From NCBI GenBank assembly GCA_022566355.1, contig JADFJB010000001.1, positions 234 to 64,233 of the forward strand: a stretch of 64,000 bases of DNA, written 5' to 3'. This stretch comes from Candidatus Zhuqueibacterota bacterium. Its GTDB lineage: Bacteria > Zhuqueibacterota > JdFR-76 > DREG01. The notes below the pieces were generated by a model. It ran no database searches. It had not been told where the DNA came from and was given only the letters and a program-made list of their open reading frames with translations. Made by a program: the position numbers and the translations under genes. Numbering within the stretch: position 1 is the stretch's first letter; each line of letters opens with the position of its first letter. This document shows, piece by piece, positions 30,793 through 39,069 of this stretch.

Positions 30793-30935
30793 CTAGGGGC
30801 TAGAGGTGAGAGGCTTGAGACTAGGAAACTAGGGGCTAGAGATTGGACGCTAGAAACTAGAACTTTAACCAATTTTTAGTAGAAATAAAAGCATTTCCTA
30901 TCTAGCCTCTAGTCTCTCACCTCTAGCCTCCAATT
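30793..30935. repeat. CTAG-rich inverted/direct repeat structure (terminator-like) between convergent-in-series genes
   Basis: Perfect 14-bp arms gctagaggtgagag (30799-30812) and ctctcacctctagc (30914-30927). ctaggggctagag occurs twice directly. Lies between the stop of 30941-31453 and the start of 30280-30783. Confidence 0.5.
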
Positions 30936-30940
30936 TCATC

Positions 30941-31453
30941 CTACATCCCCATCTGCTCTCTAACTTCTTCCAAGACCGTAGCATTGATTTCCTTAAAACC
31001 ATTCTCCATTGCATGCTGCTCAATTCTTTTTTTAATCATGGAGCGAACAAAAGAAGGGATTCTATCCATTCGTTCTTTGGCTTCATCCGTCCAAATAAGC
31101 TCACTATCGGATTCATATGCTTCTTCAACCATTCCGGTAAATGGACATTTTGAAGTGGGACTTGAATTTTCAGGTGCTTGCTCAACATCTTGGTTTTCGG
31201 TTGATAGCTCAGTATCTTCTTTTTGATAAGTCAATGAGCTTCTAATTTTTTCCATTGGCTCGGCTGGTACAGACCTGCCGCCAATTTTTACATCGAGGGA
31301 TCGTACCATCTGGGTTTCCATCTGGTTTGTTAGCATAGCGATGTCTTTGCCGCATTTCGGGCAATGAAAGATAACCGTCATCGAGCCGTTTTCAGGGCCT
31401 GAGGTCTCTTTCAGCTTCATTGCCTCATCGCATTCAACACATAAAAATTTCAT
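30941..31453 (-). CDS. zinc-ribbon + PCP_red (protochlorophyllide-reductase B C-terminal-like) domain protein
   Basis: N-terminal CVEC...CPKCG zinc ribbon. C-terminal LIWTDEAKERMDRIPSFVRSMIKKRIEQHAMENGFKEINATVLEEV closely matches the ChlB/BchB C-terminal (PF08369-type) domain by recall. Confidence 0.7.
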   Translation of the reverse strand: MKFLCVECDEAMKLKETSGPENGSMTVIFHCPKCGKDIAMLTNQMETQMVRSLDVKIGGRSVPAEPMEKIRSSLTYQKEDTELSTENQDVEQAPENSSPTSKCPFTGMVEEAYESDSELIWTDEAKERMDRIPSFVRSMIKKRIEQHAMENGFKEINATVLEEVREQMGM

Positions 31454-32362
31454 TCAATTCTCCAAGTTTAAAGTTTTTTCATATAAACTAACTTTAATTT
31501 TATCGGCTATTTGACGAATCGATTTTCCTGCCGGTCGGTCTGAATATTTCTGTAGAAAAAAATCTCCCTCATCTGCACAAACTGCGATCCTGGGGTCGAA
31601 CGGGATATTCCCTAAATATGAGATGCCATGTTTTATTGCAAATTCCTCAACATTACCGGCTGGGAATAATTCTTCCTCGTGACCACAGTTGGCACAAACA
31701 TGGTTAGACATATTTTCTATAATTCCAATAACCGGCGTTTTTAATATTTCATTTGCCATTTTTATAGATTTGCCAACCACAAATTGTGAAACCGCCGAGG
31801 GAATTGTGACAATAATAGTTCCTGTTATTTGGGGTAGTACATCAGCCAGGTTGGCTAATTTATCGGTGCCGGGAGGTAAGTCGATAAAAAGAGTATCCAA
31901 TTTACCCCAATTCGTATCAGAGAGAAATTCTCGCAGTGCTGCCGCTTCCATCATTCCGCGCCAGGTATAGGAGTCTTTTTGGGTCGGGGCGTCCCATAGA
32001 ACGGGAGAGCTGTCATCAGGCAAGAATAGATCCATCGACATAATTTTCATATTTAATTGGCTTAATACAGGCAGGGTGCCCGATTTTTCATATTTGAGTT
32101 TTTGGTTTCGAACACCTGTCATTTTAGCGATAGATGGTCCATTGATGTCCGCATCTAAAATCCCCACTTTATTTCCTGCCAGTGCAAAAGTAGATGCCAA
32201 ATTTACCGCAATAGAACTCTTACCAACTCCGCCTTTACCGCTCATCACAGTGATAATATTGTGAATGGAAGCCATTCTGGCTTGCATGCGATCTATTTGT
32301 TCGCCAACCTGAGCCACAATGTTTGAGCCACCGTCGCCTTTTATGTCGTGATACTTTTTCAA
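31454..32362 (-). CDS. mrp: Mrp/NBP35-family P-loop ATPase (ApbC-like)
   Basis: Deviant Walker A MSGKGGVGKSSIAVNLA and C-terminal CANCGHEE Cys motif. Stop/start abut the downstream PCP_red gene. Confidence 0.85.
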   Translation of the reverse strand: MKKYHDIKGDGGSNIVAQVGEQIDRMQARMASIHNIITVMSGKGGVGKSSIAVNLASTFALAGNKVGILDADINGPSIAKMTGVRNQKLKYEKSGTLPVLSQLNMKIMSMDLFLPDDSSPVLWDAPTQKDSYTWRGMMEAAALREFLSDTNWGKLDTLFIDLPPGTDKLANLADVLPQITGTIIVTIPSAVSQFVVGKSIKMANEILKTPVIGIIENMSNHVCANCGHEEELFPAGNVEEFAIKHGISYLGNIPFDPRIAVCADEGDFFLQKYSDRPAGKSIRQIADKIKVSLYEKTLNLEN

Positions 32363-32475
32363 GATTTAATGACTCTTTTTCATAAATGAAACTCAATGAA
32401 TATTGAAAATGAATGGGGGAATGGGTGAAAGGGAGAATGTGTGATTTTCATGTTTTAATTATCCATTTATCAGCT

Positions 32476-32769
32476 TTAATCGATCATGAGTACTATCTGA
32501 GATAATATACGATTATAACCTTCGTCAAATTTTAATGTTGCATCATCATCAATATACTTGCATCGATTAGATAGTTCTATTAGAACTTGTGTTTCACATG
32601 CCTCAGTTTCTGCATCGCTTAATTTTGCGATGAAAGCTGCTCTATATCTTCGTTTTCTCCATGCTTCTGCTAGATTAGTACAAACAGATCTTCATGAACG
32701 TCTTATTTGATCAACTAATGAAAATTTCTCTTCGTTTGGAAAACTTTTAGTAATTTTAAAAATTTTCAT
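32476..32769 (-). pseudogene. four-helix-bundle (23S rRNA IVS-protein family) gene with in-frame TGA
   Basis: MKIFKITKSFPNEEKFSLVDQIRRS-TGA-RSVCTNLAEAWRKRRYRAAFIAKLSDAETEACETQVLIELSNRCKYIDDDATLKF... matches the TIGR02436-type family (consensus ..QIRRAAVSIPSNIAEG..). Stop TGA at 32692-32694. Inserted between operon genes. Confidence 0.6.
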
Positions 32770-32806
32770 CGCTAGCTCAATTTCATTCTGATAAACTCTT
32801 AACTCT

Positions 32807-34894
32807 TTATAACTTTTTATTCTTGGCGCCATTCTCTATATCTCCCCGACTCTTATTAGAATCATTCTCCCCTTCGCCCATTCTCCCGTTCTCCGATTCA
32901 GTTAACTTCTGCCCCTTCTGGTTTTCGTTCCCTGATTCTGTTGAATTATCTTTATCAATATTTTTCATCATCTCCTCCATCATTATCCGCCCTTCAGCGA
33001 TGCCTTCTTCTGCGATTTCGAGTGTGATTAACTCAACTTTTATCTTATTGGCAAAATCCACAATTCTTTCTTTGGTTTTATCACGCATAAAGCCTTCCGG
33101 AACGCGATTAAGGCGTGCAACGGCTGAAGAAGTCCAGGAGAACTCGCCGTCTTTGATGATTTCTGTGGCCGGACCGCTTGCACTGTAAGGTGTCTTCTTA
33201 AGCTTCCCTCGCTCTTCGAGATTTTTCGTTTCCTCGATAACATCTCCGGCAACTTCATAAACCTGAAGTTTGGTTATGATCGGAATTTTCTTTACCCGGG
33301 CGGATTTCTCGATCTGCGCTTTCGTTCGTCGTCTTTGATATCCTGACGGAACCTCATGTAAAGCCTGCTTTGCATCGCTGGTCCATTTCAGTTTAATATT
33401 GTCAAAGGTTAACTCTTCGGAGATAGCACCTTCCAGGGGTGCAAGGTTTTCGATGGCTTGTTTGTCCAGTTTTTGGAATTGATCGGTTTTCGATTTACAT
33501 ATAGGGCAAATGACCGGTTTAATATCTTTAGCCGCATAGCCACATTCTTTACAGATATAAGTTTCGGACTCCAGCAGGTTGCCTTTGTCGATCGCCACCT
33601 CTTCCGCGATAATGCCCATCGCTTGCATGGCCTTTGGCGGCAAAATTGTTGACAGCGATTTTTCGATAATTTTTATATTGATAACCGAATGTCCTCTTTC
33701 CATGGCCCAACGATGTATAGTGGTCCGTGCAATCCCACGTACACCTGCAGGCGCCGTATTTAACAACTTGGTGGCGTCCTCGGTCCAGATCATAGATTCT
33801 TCTGCCCGAATATCGATAGCTGGCACAAACCTTTTACTGGATAACAGGACATTACAGGGCGCCATTCTGAGAAGGTTCTCGGTATTGCTGCCTATATCCA
33901 TTTCTTCATCACTGTGTACACCAATTCGACCCATTACCAGCAGCCAGGGTCTTTCTCGACGAACGTATTGAAGGATCTTTTCAAACGCTTTACCATCGAT
34001 TAAAGTAATTTTTAATTCAATGCCTTGTTCGCTTGCTATCCTGCGGGAGACTTCAAGATGCGATTGATAGATCTTGGCCAGACCAGTATCGATTACATCC
34101 TCATGAAGTTGTTCCTGCTCTTTAAATTTGAAAACCTTGGTCGCTTTTTCGGTTAGAACATGTACAAGACTGTTGAAAAGGGTGTAATGTAAATAAGGAT
34201 CATAAACGGAAATTGCTTCGACTTCTTTATTCAAAGCTTTTCCCAATTCAAGCGCAGTCTTTAAACCTGCAAACGACTCCGGACTGCCGTCAACACAAAC
34301 AACGATATTACCGCCGTTGCCCAGTTCATGCTTAACTTCTCCGTTGCCGCTCCCATCGAGTTGTTCTTCAAGGGGTGACGTGTTCTTGACGATCAAGGTG
34401 TCGGTTTTGATTCTACGAACCACACGATCTGTAACACTACCGATCACGCTATCTCTCACAGCGCCAAGCCCCAAAGCTCCCATAATCACCAGGTCGTAAT
34501 CACTTTCGTTGATATCATCAACGAGGACTTTATAATTCTTGCCATCGATCATTTTAGGTTCGAAAGGGATTTTCGCCGCCTGGCAGTATTTGTTCATCAC
34601 TTCCAGATATGAGTCTGAAATAAGTTCCAGTCCCATGGTGATCAGGGTGTCGTGGATGCTTCGTTGCTTCTCTAATTCTTCCTCAACTTGATACTCTTCC
34701 GGTAGGGTGAATTCCATCTGTTTAAACCGTATGTCATGCATCTTGGCTGCATAGGCATGACAACCAACCAGCTTTGATTCGAACCGTTTTGAAAAGTCAA
34801 CTGCAAACTCGATGCTCGATAAGGAATGATCTGAATTATCCACGGGAACATAAATCTTTTTAAACATAATTCTCCTTTCGAAGGCCTTTAGCAA
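32807..34894 (-). CDS. multidomain protein: 2x universal stress protein domains + zinc ribbon + 3x PCP_red domains
   Basis: USP motifs (KKIYVPVDNSDHS...; NIVVCVDGSPESF...), CKECG...CPICKS ribbon, and three W-T-(E/S)-(D/A)A...(V/I)P.G(F/Y/V).R... modules (MIWTEDATKLLNTAPAGVRGIARTT; LKWTSDAKQALHEVPSGYQRRRTK; FSWTSSAVARLNRVPEGFMRDKTK). Confidence 0.7.
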   Translation of the reverse strand: MLKAFERRIMFKKIYVPVDNSDHSLSSIEFAVDFSKRFESKLVGCHAYAAKMHDIRFKQMEFTLPEEYQVEEELEKQRSIHDTLITMGLELISDSYLEVMNKYCQAAKIPFEPKMIDGKNYKVLVDDINESDYDLVIMGALGLGAVRDSVIGSVTDRVVRRIKTDTLIVKNTSPLEEQLDGSGNGEVKHELGNGGNIVVCVDGSPESFAGLKTALELGKALNKEVEAISVYDPYLHYTLFNSLVHVLTEKATKVFKFKEQEQLHEDVIDTGLAKIYQSHLEVSRRIASEQGIELKITLIDGKAFEKILQYVRRERPWLLVMGRIGVHSDEEMDIGSNTENLLRMAPCNVLLSSKRFVPAIDIRAEESMIWTEDATKLLNTAPAGVRGIARTTIHRWAMERGHSVINIKIIEKSLSTILPPKAMQAMGIIAEEVAIDKGNLLESETYICKECGYAAKDIKPVICPICKSKTDQFQKLDKQAIENLAPLEGAISEELTFDNIKLKWTSDAKQALHEVPSGYQRRRTKAQIEKSARVKKIPIITKLQVYEVAGDVIEETKNLEERGKLKKTPYSASGPATEIIKDGEFSWTSSAVARLNRVPEGFMRDKTKERIVDFANKIKVELITLEIAEEGIAEGRIMMEEMMKNIDKDNSTESGNENQKGQKLTESENGRMGEGENDSNKSRGDIENGAKNKKL

Positions 34895-35238
34895 GGATTG
34901 TAATTTGTTGGAAGGTCATTTCTTCAATAGTTACATTTATTTTGAATCGCTAATATATGACTTTTCAATTTTAAAGTCAACATGTTTCAGGTTTTCTTAT
35001 ATATGTTATAATATCCACTTTTTTCAAAAAAGCCTTGTTTTATTTCGTTCCGCTGATCTTATTAATAATAGCTCAACAAATAATAATGAGTCAGTGTTTT
35101 TTTCAACAATTGATCAATTTAGAACCGGAAAGCAAACAAATAAAAATATTTAGTGTCTGTGAAATTATCTGTCCTGATGCCGGTGTATTTTGAAAAAGCT
35201 TAATAAGGGTTTGTGGTTTTGTCTGTGTAAGTCAGTGG

Positions 35239-35607
35239 CTAATAAACAAACCCGATTCGATTATACACATAATTTAACCTGGTGAGAATGTAATTCAAGG
35301 TTTGATTTGCTTTCTGATCCTGGTTTGACTCCCCTAAAGAAATAGACATAATCGCGTTGCGTAAGTGATCCGTACTGGAATCCGGAAGTGGTCCATGTTT
35401 TGTTTCTTTAACACAATTAACAAAGTTTTTAAGCTCAAACCTGGCTTTAACAAGGGAATTATAAAAATCCGTTTCTGGTGTGAATTGGTTTGTGAGTTTA
35501 CTGATCCTGCTAATCTCAAGTTGAATGATTGCAGGCCCCATCTGTTGGAATTCCTTCCAACTGAGGAATTCGAGTTCATTCCAATCTTTTTTTTTAAGGG
35601 TAGACAT
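35239..35607 (-). CDS. hypothetical protein
   Basis: 122-aa ORF with no recognisable motif, downstream of the 199-aa hypothetical. Confidence 0.4.
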   Translation of the reverse strand: MSTLKKKDWNELEFLSWKEFQQMGPAIIQLEISRISKLTNQFTPETDFYNSLVKARFELKNFVNCVKETKHGPLPDSSTDHLRNAIMSISLGESNQDQKANQTLNYILTRLNYVYNRIGFVY

Positions 35608-35728
35608 TTTTAGTTTATGGTGAATGGTTAATTTATCTTCCGCGTGATCACTTCATGATTTGATTCGCTTAAATTTAGTTATTCAAAAATTTGTTCCAAA
35701 AAAGTCAACTCTCTCGCGCAGTAAAATG

Positions 35729-36328
35729 CTAGGGGGGCTGATGTTTTGCTCCGGTATTAACAGCCCGCCACATTTGCAGCAGTCCTTTGAATTTTCTGCG
35801 AAATTCTGCAGAATCCTGTTGGATGGTCTCCCGTGTAAATTGAGGCAATAGATTTACCAGAAGCGATTCCATTTTTTCGATGGAAATCCAACCATGTTGC
35901 AGATAAGCCAGGGTAAGATGATAGTCCGGTTCATCTCCACGAGCGATGAAACGAAAGGCGACACTATAAGGATCGAAGTGCAAGAGTTTTAATTTATCCT
36001 GTTTAAAATTGCCATTATTGGAATAGATAGTATTTTCTGCTCGAATAGCTCGCTCTCGATATCCATCCGGTAATGGGATGTAATCACCTGGAGATTCATC
36101 GATCACCTCCACTATGAATTGATCCTGCGTTCGTTTTAACGCTTCTGAAAAAGCTGGTTTATGTTCGGGATTAATTTCAGATGCAATCTCAATTCGTTCA
36201 ATCCAATTGCGCCAGCCTTCGAATAAAAGACTGGTCTCGCCAACAAGATAGAGGTTACCGGCCTTGTTGTAATTAACACTTAGTTTTGATAGAAACTCCA
36301 ATAGGGTTTGGCCTTGAATTAGGTTCAT
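35729..36328 (-). CDS. hypothetical protein, possible degenerate nucleotidyltransferase fold (AbiEii-like?)
   Basis: LYLVGETSLLFEGWRNWIERIEIA resembles the G[ST]x9-13[DE]h[DE]h minimal NTase pattern with Glu replacing Asp. This is a weak call. Confidence 0.3.
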   Translation of the reverse strand: MNLIQGQTLLEFLSKLSVNYNKAGNLYLVGETSLLFEGWRNWIERIEIASEINPEHKPAFSEALKRTQDQFIVEVIDESPGDYIPLPDGYRERAIRAENTIYSNNGNFKQDKLKLLHFDPYSVAFRFIARGDEPDYHLTLAYLQHGWISIEKMESLLVNLLPQFTRETIQQDSAEFRRKFKGLLQMWRAVNTGAKHQPP

Positions 36329-36366
36329 AATAGATTACTATTGGTTAAATTTTGAATGATTATTTT

Positions 36367-36696
36367 TTAGTCTCTTATTTCAAGAGCTATTTTTAAAGTT
36401 TGATTTAATTCATTTAGTTTTAATGGGGATAACCTGCAAATGAAGTTTTTCAATATAATTTTAGAAAGGCTTACAAGCTCATCACAATGAATACTACTGT
36501 CATGTTTAAGTCCTTCAGCAATTCCAACTAATACCTGAGTGGATAAACCATCATGACTCGAATAAAGTGGTGCACAAATGACTGTAGAAAATTGTGAATC
36601 TATTAATAGTTGCCGACTAACTACTACAAATATTCTCGACTTTTTTGGATCCTTAGAGGAGGGCTTTTTAACTTTATATAAATCGCCACGTCTCAC
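36367..36696 (-). CDS. type II toxin, MazF/PemK (Kid) family endoribonuclease
   Basis: MRRGDLYKV...[30 protein letters not shown] matches the PemK/MazF N-terminal beta-barrel signature. 4-bp overlap with the upstream small gene. Confidence 0.75.
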   Translation of the reverse strand: MRRGDLYKVKKPSSKDPKKSRIFVVVSRQLLIDSQFSTVICAPLYSSHDGLSTQVLVGIAEGLKHDSSIHCDELVSLSKIILKNFICRLSPLKLNELNQTLKIALEIRD

Positions 36697-36923
36697 ACGG
36701 GAACCTGGTAATCTAATACATCACTAGCTTCGTTATTGAGACGATCAGAATTGTTATTTATGATTTCAAGATCACAGCGATCCTGTACCTCTTTCAAATA
36801 TATCTCTATATAAATCCACAAAGCTTTTTCAATAAAATCTGATCGACTTTTATTTTGCCCTGATTTTTCATCAATAGCATTCAATAATTCTTCAGACAAT
36901 GTAACTGATGTTTTGATTTTCAT
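36693..36923 (-). CDS. RHH/CopG-type antitoxin for MazF-like toxin
   Basis: 76 aa. [30 protein letters not shown] is a ribbon-helix-helix N-terminal signature. Translationally coupled to the toxin. Confidence 0.6.
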   Translation of the reverse strand: MKIKTSVTLSEELLNAIDEKSGQNKSRSDFIEKALWIYIEIYLKEVQDRCDLEIINNNSDRLNNEASDVLDYQVPV

Positions 36924-37053
36924 ACTACCAATATACCACCTATGTTTTTTTAATGCAATAAATTTTGTTTATTTTTTTGGAAAACTGCTAAGTTGACAAA
37001 ATTAATCATTAAACCGAATGTTTTAAAATCACCTCTTTTCTTGGCTAACAAGA

Positions 37054-37698
37054 TTAGTTCAACACAACATACCTTTCCAACCTGGAAACCTCCTTTTCGT
37101 CCACGTACTTACCAATTTCACGACGAAATTGCTTTAGGTTTCTATATGGGCGGTACTCTTTAAATTCATGAAGCATCCGTTTACCAACTCCGGGAATACT
37201 CAGGATGTCTTCGTCACTTGCCGTATTCAGATTGATTGGGACAAAAACATACTGTTCCAGGCGCGCCAATTCCTTATCGTTCACATATTTTCCGATCTCT
37301 CTTCGGAATTGCGCCAGGGCCTTATAGGGACGATACTCCTCGAACTCATGGGCCATACGTTTACCTACACCGGGAACCAGCCAAACTTCTTTTCGGGAAG
37401 CTGTGTTGAGGTTAATTGGGATAAATAATGTAACATACAATTTGGACAATGAGTCTTTGTGTACTGACTGACTGAGTAATGTGTCCAATTCGGTCATTCT
37501 CAAAAAAGGCCGGTTTTCCAAAATATCCTTTACAAGCTTTTTATTGAGTTGAGGAAGTGAAAGCAGCTCCTTTTCCCCTGCCCGATTCGGATTTAGAACA
37601 TTTTTGTTGTTGCCAACCTGACTAAATGCGGCACATACAGTAATAATTACAAAAATGAAAACCATCATTATTGTAAATAAAGATTTATTTGAAGTCAT
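37054..37698 (-). CDS. helix-hairpin-helix repeat protein (ComEA-like), internally duplicated
   Basis: Signal peptide. Repeated INLNTAS..E.L..PGVGKRM.HEF motifs (HhH). A ~180-bp DNA duplication (about 37075-37255 and 37255-37435) yields two near-identical protein modules. Confidence 0.65.
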   Translation of the reverse strand: MTSNKSLFTIMMVFIFVIITVCAAFSQVGNNKNVLNPNRAGEKELLSLPQLNKKLVKDILENRPFLRMTELDTLLSQSVHKDSLSKLYVTLFIPINLNTASRKEVWLVPGVGKRMAHEFEEYRPYKALAQFRREIGKYVNDKELARLEQYVFVPINLNTASDEDILSIPGVGKRMLHEFKEYRPYRNLKQFRREIGKYVDEKEVSRLERYVVLN

Positions 37699-38215
37699 CT
37701 AAATTCTCCCGTTTTAATTTGGATTCTTTTTGGTTTATTCGAAAAACCGGATGTCTAAAAGTGTAAACCGATCCCAGCAGACCAAGCTGGATCATTATGC
37801 CTGGAGCCAAAAAAGGTGTTGCACCTTTGATCGATTTCCAGAAAAGTTCTAATCCGGATAAAGAAGGATACATCTCTAACTCGAATTCTACATTAACTCG
37901 ATAATGTAAGATAACGCCAACACAGCCACTAATCATAAATAATATCATCACTATCTGAAGCACTCGCAAAACCATAGAAACACGTTTGAAAGCAAACCAG
38001 CCTAGAACTACCAGACTACCGCAAATAAGAATAAGAGGCACAAATTGCCAGTAGACTTCAAAATGTTCTAGTAGCAGAAGTTCCACACCAGCGCCCAGTA
38101 AACCGGCAACAAATATGAGTAAAAGAAGATTTCGAATAATCTTACCAGTTGTGAAATTGCTGTGTTTGTCAGATGAGGTATTGTTCATTAGATAATGTAC
38201 ATAATACATTTTCAA
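37685..38215 (-). CDS. hypothetical 4-TM membrane protein
   Basis: 176 aa, hydrophobic. Divergent from the TetR gene. Confidence 0.45.
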   Translation of the reverse strand: MKMYYVHYLMNNTSSDKHSNFTTGKIIRNLLLLIFVAGLLGAGVELLLLEHFEVYWQFVPLILICGSLVVLGWFAFKRVSMVLRVLQIVMILFMISGCVGVILHYRVNVEFELEMYPSLSGLELFWKSIKGATPFLAPGIMIQLGLLGSVYTFRHPVFRINQKESKLKRENLDDFK

Positions 38216-38283
38216 TAAGCATCACAATTTTTTTATTTTGTTTTTCTAAGATAAAAAGCTGGAACTCATGACAATTTCCATCG

Positions 38284-38351
38284 TAGATTCATTCATTCGT
38301 TTGATTAAAGCATTCGTTTGATTAAAGCATTCGTTTGATTAAAGCATACGT
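38284..38351. repeat. 17-bp tandem repeat x4 (cattcgtttgattaaag) in divergent promoter region
   Basis: Three perfect units plus a fourth with 1-2 mismatches, 67 bp upstream of the TetR start. Confidence 0.8.
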
Positions 38352-38417
38352 TTGATTAAATTTTGGTAATGAGTATGAAATCACAAATTTTTTTTCTACT
38401 TTTATTGCAGGAATATC

Positions 38418-39065
38418 ATGGAGCAACTTGACACGAGAACGAGACTGTTAGATGTGGCCGAAGAATTATTTGCAGAGAAGGGAATCGGATCAACTTCCCT
38501 GCGAAAAATTATTGCTGAAGCAGGCGTCAACCTCGCATCTATTCATTACCATTTTGGCTCCAAGGAAGCCCTTGCCTGGGAGGTTTTTGCCCGGCGTATT
38601 AAACCCGTTAATGCGGAACGGCTACAGCGACTCGACAGAATTGAGGAAAGATCCGGTGAGACACCTCCAAACCTTGAAGAATTGATCAGGGCATTCATCG
38701 AACCGGCAATCCGGATTAAGTTTGATGAACCTGAACGCACCAAACTTATTCTTAGGCTGGTTGCTCAATTACAATCGGATTCCGGGAATTTAGGTGACCA
38801 TTTTGTTGATCTATTTGAAGAAGTAGCAACGCGATTCATAGCTGCATTTCAAGCCGCTCTTTCCCAGCATTCCCATGCAGAACTTTATTGGCGTTTTAAA
38901 TTTATGCTCGGCGTCATGCATATGATCATGGCACAGCCTCCGGTGCAGGAAAGTAAAATATTTTCACCCCCGGAATTGGATCTGGAGAGTATTTTAGCCC
39001 ACGTAATTCCGTTCCTGGTAGCAGGTTTTAAAACACCTACTTTAAATGTCTTAAAACAGGAATAA
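38418..39065 (+). CDS. TetR/AcrR-family transcriptional regulator
   Basis: N-terminal HTH RTRLLDVAEELFAEKGIGSTSLRKIIAEAGVNLASIHYHFGSKEAL. Confidence 0.85.
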   Translation: MEQLDTRTRLLDVAEELFAEKGIGSTSLRKIIAEAGVNLASIHYHFGSKEALAWEVFARRIKPVNAERLQRLDRIEERSGETPPNLEELIRAFIEPAIRIKFDEPERTKLILRLVAQLQSDSGNLGDHFVDLFEEVATRFIAAFQAALSQHSHAELYWRFKFMLGVMHMIMAQPPVQESKIFSPPELDLESILAHVIPFLVAGFKTPTLNVLKQE

Positions 39066-39069
39066 AACT

